IMG/VR virus record: IMGVR_UViG_3300017991_000090
Span: 20,745-84,744 of that record
DNA: 64,000 nt
Direction: 5' to 3' (one strand)
Origin: a virus
Positions 57,301 through 64,000 of the stretch are shown here, one piece after another (the stretch's first letter is position 1; every line of letters begins with the position of its first letter). Below the pieces are notes generated by a model. The model made no database searches. It worked only from the letters and a program-made list of their open reading frames with translations, and was not told the origin of the DNA. Both the position numbers and the translations under genes were made by a program.

Positions 57301-60300
57301 TTAAATCAAAAACAGATCAGCTTGCTTTTACTACTGGAAATGTGCACGCCGATATTCAGGAATATAATACACATCCTGATATTGATCTTAATGCCGATCA
57401 GAGCGGAGTAACTATAGGTACAGTTAACGCTCTTGGTGCACAGGCCAAACTTGATGTGAATGCCGAGGTCGACACGGCTCTTTCTGATTATGATGGCCCA
57501 ACCAAAGCAGAGATGGATGCCGCTTTTGCAGCATTAAACGATCTATCAGCAGCTGAAGTAAATACTGAAGTTGATACTGCTCTTGCAGATATAGGGCTTG
57601 ACCATCTGATATCAGCCTCAGTTGCTGGAGCAGATGTGGCAGACGATTCTATTATAGCCCAAATGGTATCAAAATCCGGAACTGCTGATTGGGACACTTT
57701 TGATAACACAACAGATTCGCTTGAAGCTATTAGAGATAATCAGATAGCTGGAGGGTTAACTCAGCAGCAGGTAAGAGATGCTATGAAACTTGATGCTACT
57801 GGTGGGGCTCCTGCGGCAGGATCAGTTGACCAGCATCTTGACGACATTCTTTCAAATATCGGAACTCCCGTTGCTCTTGACGGTGGTTCTGCTGATCTTG
57901 CTGGAATGTTGACAAAGATTGCAGATGATAATGGTGGTGCCGATTTCGATGCCACTACCGACTCTCTCCATTCATTACAAGGGGCAATTATTGAAGGTGT
58001 CCCATACAATGAGGTTGCAACAGCTCAGAATGTTACTAATGGTACGGTTGATTCAGGAGATTACACAGATACTCATGCTGAAGATGGAACATACTTCCAG
58101 TTATCGCCAAACGGATCAGCGCTTGATGTTGATCTTACATTTGATATCGACACAGCATCACCTGTTGATGTCTCAATACATGGTAGATATGATGCTGCGC
58201 CGAACAGATATGTTGAAGTGTATGCATGGGATTATGACGCCTCAGCGTGGGAACAGATAAGTAGCGCTGCAACCAGAATGAATCATTCGGCTTCTGATCA
58301 GAATTATACTTATACTCTGTTAAATAAACATAAAGACCCTTCAACAGGTGAAATGAAGATTCGATTTCTGTCTGACGAAGGTTCTTCTGGATATGACCTG
58401 TATCTTGATTCAGTATTCATTTCTGCTGTAGTTGCAGGAGCTACTCCTTCTGAAATAGCAGATGCTGTATATCTGAAGATGAAATACACAGTTTACGCAG
58501 GTGCGATCCATGTTGATACAAATAATGGAACAGCCGGTACTGAAGTCGGAGTCAACGGTATACCAAGCAATCCTGTTGATACTCTTGCTGATGCATTAAC
58601 TCTCGCAGGTCTTGTTGGTGTCAGAAAACTTGTTTTTGTCCCTGGTTCGTCTGTGACACTTTCACAGGCGTTCACTGAATGGGAGCTGATTGGTTATGAT
58701 TCTTCAGTTGCGCTTAATAGCCAGAATATAAGCAGGTCAATATTCCGTGGAATGATTATTTCAGGAACAGCGACCGCTGCTACTGGTTCACCAGCATTTA
58801 TAGACTGTGAAATAAGCACAGCAACACTTCCTGCATGTGTAATGAAAGACTGCCAGCTTAGTAACGATGTTACACTCGGAACTGCTGCTGGCGACTACTT
58901 CTGGGACAAGTGTTTCAGTGGGGTTGCCGGAACTTCTACTCCAGCAGTTACGTTTGCTGCAAATGCTAATCTGAGCATGAGACATTATAGTGGTGGAATT
59001 GAAATTAAATCAATGGCAGCCGGTTCAAGTATGTCTCTTGAGGGAGATGGTCAGTATGTGATCAATGCGAGTTGTACCGGCGGAACCCTTGCTACGAGAG
59101 GTAACTTCCAGAGAACTGATAATGCAAGCGGCGCTGTTACAGAGTCTGACGTCGGTAGAATGGCGACAGACCAGCTTGACCAGGCCCTTGTTGACATAAA
59201 TCTTGATCATCTTCTTGCAGTTGCAGATGCCGACGATGTTGTTGATGATTCAGTAATAGCGAAATTGGCGGCAAATGGTGGAGACTGGAGCACATTTGAC
59301 GACACAACCGATTCGCTTGAAGCTGTATCGGATAAGGTTGATACAGTTGACACTGTTGTTGATGCTATTAAGGCAAAAACAGATAACCTTCCTGCTGACC
59401 CTGCGTCAGAAACAAATGTTGATGCTACTGAAGTTAAAGTCGATGCTATTAAGGCTAAGACAGATAATCTGAACTTCAATTCAGATGGTACACCTCTTGT
59501 TCTTGCCGATATCAGAGATGTTAATGATGTTGCAGTAACAAGCGTTGATGACTTTAAAGCTGATGCAAGTGATGTCTCAGGAGCAGATGTGAATGTGACC
59601 ACAATTGAGGGTGCAGATGCCACAAACCAGATTGTCGCTTCTGTAGATGCTTCAATTGAGTCTTACGGACTTGACCACCTGGTTGCTGTAGCAGTAACAG
59701 GAACTGATGTCGCAGATGACTCGATTATAGCTCAGATGGTATCAAAATCAGCAACACCTGATTATGACAGTTTCGATAACACCACAGATTCGCTTGAAGC
59801 TTTAAGAGATAATCAAATTACTCCAGCTCAGGTTAATGCTGAATGCGACACTGCATTGGCAGATTATGACGGTCCAACCAAGACAGAAATGGATAATTCA
59901 TTTGCTGCTCTTAATGATATATCTGCGGCAGAGGTAAATGCGGAGGTTGACACTGCCCTTGCTGATTATGACGGACCCACTAAAACTGAAATGGATGCTG
60001 CTTTCGCAGCACTCAATGATATATCTCCGGCAGAAGTAAACGCTGAAGTTGATGCAGCTCTTGCCGATTACGACGGGCCTACTAAAGCTGAAATGGATGC
60101 CGCCTTCGCAGCCCTAAATGATATATCTGCAGCAGAAGTAAATGCAGAATGTGACCAGGCTCTTGCGGATTACGACGGGCCTACCAATGCTGAAATGCTT
60201 GCAGCTTTTGCAGCATTAAATGATATATCTCCAGCCGAAGTAAATGCTGAGGTAGACACTGCACTCGCTGATTACGATGGGCCAACAAAGGCAGAAATGG

Positions 60301-63300
60301 ATGCTGGATTTGCCGCATTGAACGATTTATCAGCTGCTGAAGTAAATGCTGAGGTTGACCAGGCGCTTATTGATTACGATTCAAGTAACGGTGTTGCTAA
60401 AGAAGCTTCAGTTCTTGCAATTCAGAATAATACCAGATTTGTCGGTGTTGTTCCGAACAACATGCTCGTTCCTGATTCAGGTGATACCATGTACAGAATT
60501 ACCGCTCACTTCTACGATCTTGACGGTAATATGGAAGATCCTGATAATAACGAAATAGCAGCAATTTATAAGAATGTTGCAGGAACTTCGAAGACCGCAT
60601 TCTACGATGACGCTTCCGGAACAACTCCGGCGACATCTTCAACTACTTTTGGTGGTAAATATAAGATGATTCGTCTAAGCCAGGGTGTTTATCAAACTTA
60701 CTATAAACTCCCAAGCACCGAACCTGTTGACCAGTGGATTGCCGAGTTCAGTCTTGAGGAATCTACAACACAGCTCGACTTCAGCAGAAGTACGAACGTT
60801 GTTGAAGAGAATCCTGGAAGTACGACCCTTGCGGATAATACTACCAATAAGACTATCATGGCAGAAGCGCTGAAAGAAATAGACGTCAACGCAGTCAGTG
60901 CAGTCAGTGGATCGATTTATGATGATATAATGGATAACATCGATGATAATGAAGCAAAGATTGATATAATCGATGCCAACCTTGATTCGGTTAAATCTAC
61001 TGTTGACACGAATCTTGATACTACAGTATCCAGCAGGTCTGATTTCGATGAAACTACTGATCAGGTTATCGTAGCAACCAATAACGATAAGACCGGTTAC
61101 GAGCTGGCTGATAACGCAATTACCAATGCGAAGATAGCAACTGACGCAATAGGTAGTGACGAGCTTGCTCTCAGTGCTGTTCAGGAAATATCGAATGGAA
61201 TATATGCCGGCGGGTTTATCTATCTTGATACTTCGAATGGATCTTCAGGAACAACTGCTTACGTGAATGGGACCCCTACAAACCCTGTTGATTCACTCGC
61301 AGACGCAATGACGCTTGCTGCTGCCCTCGATATTTATCACATTAGAGTTGCAAATGGAAGCTCAATAGTGTTAAATGCATCATTAAACAATTATGTACTG
61401 TGCGGTGAAAGCTGGACATTGGACCTTAATGGCCAGAATATCGGTGGATCGATTATAATAGGGGCTGATTTCTCTGGCGCATATATAGGTACTGACCCTG
61501 AATTCAGGCTTGGTAAAATGGGAACAACTTCAGGGCCACCTGCACATTTCCATGGTACTATGTTCTCTTCTGATTTCACAATCACAGCTCCCGGAGACTA
61601 CTTCTTTGATAAGTGTTACTCAGGAATAGCAGGTACCGGCGCTCCAAGTATTGACTTTGGCGCTCTGGTTGGAGGTTCGAATGTGAACTTCAGAAGCTAC
61701 TCAGGTGGTGTTGAAGTTAAGAATATGGGACAGTCCGGAACAGACAATATGAGTCTGGAAGGATGGGGCCAGTTTATACTCAATGCCAACTGTGTCGGTG
61801 GAACGATAGCTGTACGTGGTCATTTTAAGAAGACCGACAATTCTGGTGGCGCTGTTACAGTGTCTGATGAAGCCAACTTCAAGTCCTCTGTTATTCATTC
61901 AGGAATAGCACAGGGCTCTGGAACCGGAAACAACCAGATACAGCTTTCAACTGCTGCCAGCTCAACTGATGGAGCATATGACCCGGCTGTAGTGATGATT
62001 GTATCAGGAACCGGCGCGGGGCAGTGCAGGATGATTTATCAGTATGCTGGAAGCACAAAGACAGCTACGGTTGATAGAAACTGGAAGGTTAATCCTGACA
62101 CAACCTCTGAATACCGTATACTTGCCGACCCGGGCAGGGAGCATGTGAATGAAGGCCTTGCGCAGGGTGGAGCCGCCTCATCAATTACTCTTAACACACT
62201 TGCTTCAGGTGATGATGATGCATATAACGGTCAGATTGTATTCGTTAAGAGCGGAACCGGTGAAGACCAGGCAAGAATCGTGATTGATTATAACGGAACT
62301 ACCAAAGTTGCCACGGTTGACGCTCCATGGGATACAGTTCCAGACTCAACCAGTGCGTATGTAATGCTTCCTGCTGGGTTGTCTGATATCAGGTCTGTTA
62401 ATGGTTCGGTTGTAACATCAGAAGATGATTTTAAAGCTGATGTTTCCGGATTATCGACATTCGACCACACAGTAGATAATGTGATTGTCGGAACAAATAA
62501 TGATAAGGCTGGTTACTCAATATCTGGTACAAAGCAGACTCTGGACGCTCTGAATGATGTATCTACAGCTGAAGTAAATGCAGAGGTTGACCAGGCTCTG
62601 GTGGATATTAACCTTGACCATCTGCTCGCTGTAGCAGATGCTGATGACGTTGTTAACGATTCGGTAATTGCGAAACTTGCCGCAAACGGTGGTGATTGGA
62701 GCACATTCGACGATACTACCGACTCTCTTGAGGCGATCTCTGATAGTCTGAGTGGAAGCGGTCTGACTCAGCAGCAGGTAAGAGATGCTATGACACTTGC
62801 GCCTACCCCAGGTGTACCGGCGGCTGGCTCTGTAGATGAACATCTGGATGATATTTTAACGGATGTTGCATCTGTTCAGGCTGATGTTACCACGATAGAC
62901 GGTAAGGTTGACACCTTGCAGACCGACGTAACCACAATCGATGGTAAAGTTGATAGCATCCAGACCGATGTTACGACAATCGACGGTAAGGTTGACGGCA
63001 TCCAGACTGATGTGACAGCTATTGACGGTAAAATAGATGTGATTGACGGAAACGTCGATGATATTGAAGCTGCTATCGGAAGCCCGATATCACTCGATAG
63101 CGGAACGGCAACCGTCGCCGGTATGCTTATTAAGATGGCTGATGATGCTGGCGGAGCAAATTTCGATTCAACCAACCATAGCCTTGAAGCAATCGGTGGA
63201 GCATCAGTAACGGGTGACTGGTCAGCAAATGAGAAGACTGAGATTAAGACCGTTCTCGGTATTACAAATACTGGAACACCTGATTCGACACCTTCTGACG

Positions 63301-64000
63301 GTGTTCTGAAATCAATTCAGGATACTGTGGTTGCGGTTGCTGGAGATGTCAATACCATCGAAACGAACGTCGGCAATGCAATATCGCTCGACGGTGGAAC
63401 AGCGTCGCTTGCCGGAATGCTTACGAAGATGGCGGATAATAATAATGGAGCAGATTACGACGCTTCAATCGACAGTATGCATGAGCAGACTACCGGAAAT
63501 GTCGACTGGACCAGCACTGAAAGAGAGCAGATTCGGGATGCGCTCGGTGTTGATGGCGTTAAGACCATAGCAACCGGCGGACAGTTGCAGGATGTTGCCG
63601 ATAAGGTTGGAGACATCGACACCCACGTTGATGACGTCTTGCTTGCAATCGGGACCCCGATATCTCTGGATGGCGGAGGTGCCGATATCGCTGGCATGCT
63701 TACGAAGATGGCTGATGACAATAACGGCCTCTCTTTCGACGCAAGCAACGACAGTCTTAATCAGCTATCTCTCACGGCGGGTGGTAATGACTGGAACGCT
63801 TCCGAAAAAGAGCAGATTCGTGACGCTCTTGGCGTTGACGGTACGAAGCTTTCTGCTACCGGTGGACAGGTGCAGGGTATCGCATCTGATGTATCATCAA
63901 TCAAGGGCGACGTCGAAGATGGAACATACGGTCTTGAGCAGATAAAGATTGCTGTAGACCTTATTAAAGCTGTTACAGACCTTATTCCTGACGGTGGTGC
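54396..64000 (+). CDS. Giant (>3200 aa) acidic repeat-rich virion/fibre protein, truncated by window end
   Basis: AGAAGGAG RBS, ATG 54396 (MELTREQNVASYFVIPLIDAS...). The same frame still reads LIKAVTDLIPDGG at 64000. Absent from the ORF track, consistent with no internal stop. Confidence 0.85.
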   Translation, partial: MELTREQNVASYFVIPLIDASNRPDYKAGPTLTAGDVKVIRHTGGSWNVSNIGTLPSAITGATTQLLVTLTATELNPDDNKYPVIIQFVDQTDPKEWDDQTVIIWTRPVVSNVTELDGGAQSLTDLKDFADAGYDPATNKVEGVKLVDTTTTNTDLSAHDSKLDTVDTVVDAIKAVTDNLPNSGALTDIDTGVNNIEAKLPTNYIMGSGVQTDKDDEIDAIKAVTDNLPNSGALTDIDTGINNIEGKLPTNYIMGSSVQTDKDDEIDAIKAKTDNLPADPASETNVDANEAKIDIIDTNVDAIKAKTDNLPADPASETNVDANETKIDAIDTVVDAIKAVTDNLPNSGALTDIDTGVNNIEAKLPTNYIMGSSVQTDKDDEIDAIKAKTDDLAFTAGNVHADIQEYNTHPDVDLADDAITAAKFDETTAYPLKSDDSGSTQVARTGADADTLETLSDQIDGVQTSVDGIQNNTNFVATVPQHMLIPDSGDTMYKITVHFYDSDGNMEDPDSNEIDILYEGVDGTDKDAFFDDAGGITGATAGVIDANMWKMVRIGVGHYETYYKLPSTESPEQWTASFKLNEASTLLQYARSTNVVDETPGSTTLADNTTNADIIAEALKERDVSGVSAVSGSVYKDIMDNIDTNETKIDTVDTVVDAIKAKTDNLPADPASETNVDANETKIDAIDTVVDAIKAVTDNLPNSGALTDIDTGINNIEAKLPTNYIMGSSVQTDKDDEIDAIKAKTDNLPADPASETNVDANEAKIDIIDTVVDAIKVKTDNLPVDPASETNVDANEAKIDIIDTVVDAIKLVTDNLPNSGSLTDIDTGINNIEAKLPTNYIMGSSVQSDKDDEIDSIKSTVEGLNDISAAEVNAEVDQALIDINLDHLLAVADADDVVDNSVIAKLAAKGATADWSTFDNTTNSLEAITDDLAVVDATADAIKAKTDNLPADPASETNVDATEVKVDAIKSKTDQLAFTTGNVHADIQEYNTHPDIDLNADQSGVTIGTVNALGAQAKLDVNAEVDTALSDYDGPTKAEMDAAFAALNDLSAAEVNTEVDTALADIGLDHLISASVAGADVADDSIIAQMVSKSGTADWDTFDNTTDSLEAIRDNQIAGGLTQQQVRDAMKLDATGGAPAAGSVDQHLDDILSNIGTPVALDGGSADLAGMLTKIADDNGGADFDATTDSLHSLQGAIIEGVPYNEVATAQNVTNGTVDSGDYTDTHAEDGTYFQLSPNGSALDVDLTFDIDTASPVDVSIHGRYDAAPNRYVEVYAWDYDASAWEQISSAATRMNHSASDQNYTYTLLNKHKDPSTGEMKIRFLSDEGSSGYDLYLDSVFISAVVAGATPSEIADAVYLKMKYTVYAGAIHVDTNNGTAGTEVGVNGIPSNPVDTLADALTLAGLVGVRKLVFVPGSSVTLSQAFTEWELIGYDSSVALNSQNISRSIFRGMIISGTATAATGSPAFIDCEISTATLPACVMKDCQLSNDVTLGTAAGDYFWDKCFSGVAGTSTPAVTFAANANLSMRHYSGGIEIKSMAAGSSMSLEGDGQYVINASCTGGTLATRGNFQRTDNASGAVTESDVGRMATDQLDQALVDINLDHLLAVADADDVVDDSVIAKLAANGGDWSTFDDTTDSLEAVSDKVDTVDTVVDAIKAKTDNLPADPASETNVDATEVKVDAIKAKTDNLNFNSDGTPLVLADIRDVNDVAVTSVDDFKADASDVSGADVNVTTIEGADATNQIVASVDASIESYGLDHLVAVAVTGTDVADDSIIAQMVSKSATPDYDSFDNTTDSLEALRDNQITPAQVNAECDTALADYDGPTKTEMDNSFAALNDISAAEVNAEVDTALADYDGPTKTEMDAAFAALNDISPAEVNAEVDAALADYDGPTKAEMDAAFAALNDISAAEVNAECDQALADYDGPTNAEMLAAFAALNDISPAEVNAEVDTALADYDGPTKAEMDAGFAALNDLSAAEVNAEVDQALIDYDSSNGVAKEASVLAIQNNTRFVGVVPNNMLVPDSGDTMYRITAHFYDLDGNMEDPDNNEIAAIYKNVAGTSKTAFYDDASGTTPATSSTTFGGKYKMIRLSQGVYQTYYKLPSTEPVDQWIAEFSLEESTTQLDFSRSTNVVEENPGSTTLADNTTNKTIMAEALKEIDVNAVSAVSGSIYDDIMDNIDDNEAKIDIIDANLDSVKSTVDTNLDTTVSSRSDFDETTDQVIVATNNDKTGYELADNAITNAKIATDAIGSDELALSAVQEISNGIYAGGFIYLDTSNGSSGTTAYVNGTPTNPVDSLADAMTLAAALDIYHIRVANGSSIVLNASLNNYVLCGESWTLDLNGQNIGGSIIIGADFSGAYIGTDPEFRLGKMGTTSGPPAHFHGTMFSSDFTITAPGDYFFDKCYSGIAGTGAPSIDFGALVGGSNVNFRSYSGGVEVKNMGQSGTDNMSLEGWGQFILNANCVGGTIAVRGHFKKTDNSGGAVTVSDEANFKSSVIHSGIAQGSGTGNNQIQLSTAASSTDGAYDPAVVMIVSGTGAGQCRMIYQYAGSTKTATVDRNWKVNPDTTSEYRILADPGREHVNEGLAQGGAASSITLNTLASGDDDAYNGQIVFVKSGTGEDQARIVIDYNGTTKVATVDAPWDTVPDSTSAYVMLPAGLSDIRSVNGSVVTSEDDFKADVSGLSTFDHTVDNVIVGTNNDKAGYSISGTKQTLDALNDVSTAEVNAEVDQALVDINLDHLLAVADADDVVNDSVIAKLAANGGDWSTFDDTTDSLEAISDSLSGSGLTQQQVRDAMTLAPTPGVPAAGSVDEHLDDILTDVASVQADVTTIDGKVDTLQTDVTTIDGKVDSIQTDVTTIDGKVDGIQTDVTAIDGKIDVIDGNVDDIEAAIGSPISLDSGTATVAGMLIKMADDAGGANFDSTNHSLEAIGGASVTGDWSANEKTEIKTVLGITNTGTPDSTPSDGVLKSIQDTVVAVAGDVNTIETNVGNAISLDGGTASLAGMLTKMADNNNGADYDASIDSMHEQTTGNVDWTSTEREQIRDALGVDGVKTIATGGQLQDVADKVGDIDTHVDDVLLAIGTPISLDGGGADIAGMLTKMADDNNGLSFDASNDSLNQLSLTAGGNDWNASEKEQIRDALGVDGTKLSATGGQVQGIASDVSSIKGDVEDGTYGLEQIKIAVDLIKAVTDLIPDGG
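54880..57320 (+). repeat. Interleaved coding repeats DAIKAKTDNLPADPASETNV and DAIKAVTDNLPNSGALTDIDTG..NIEAKLPTNYIMGSSVQTDKDDE
   Basis: Multiple near-identical peptide copies with synonymous divergence. Confidence 0.8.
59820..60380 (+). repeat. About 102-bp coding tandem repeat (ALADYDGPTKAEMDAAFAALNDISAAEVNAEVDT), about 5 copies
   Basis: gattacgacgggcc.ac motif recurs at about 102-nt spacing. Confidence 0.8.
62875..63060 (+). repeat. 42-bp coding repeat (IQTDVTTIDGKVDx), coiled-coil-like
   Basis: About 4 tandem copies. Confidence 0.75.

Noticed and set aside
55169-63945. Many short ORFs in the track in this region
   Set aside because: They are off-frame or antisense shadows of the single giant plus-strand ORF starting at 54396.

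Overview
This window is part of a large tailed dsDNA phage genome (about 40% GC by eye; host not determinable). The left arm (1-18313, minus strand) carries replication and nucleic-acid metabolism genes: a SNF2 helicase, a DEDDh plus PD-(D/E)XK nuclease, an SSB-like protein, and a primase-MCM helicase fusion. The right arm (18491-64000, mostly plus strand) starts with a single-chain beta-beta' RNA polymerase, followed by virion genes: terminase, prohead protease, scaffold, major capsid, neck, an M15 peptidase and a >3200 aa acidic repeat protein running off the window. The main discovery is an apparent multi-ncRNA retron-like system. A minus-strand operon (DHH phosphoesterase, retron-type RT, RNase HI, 61 aa ORF) is followed by one msr-msd-like RNA at 30312-30562. 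Five more RNAs with the same architecture lie about 21 kb away: one at 7602-7809 and a head-to-tail array of four at 8610-9851. Each has its own terminal inverted repeat, an unpaired G just after the 5' arm, a short stem with a G-(U/C)UU-C loop, an AG just before the 3' arm, and completely different long hairpins. I infer that one phage RT makes a library of different branched ssDNAs; its function is unknown. Structures were folded by eye and protein calls rest on motif recognition, not database searches.
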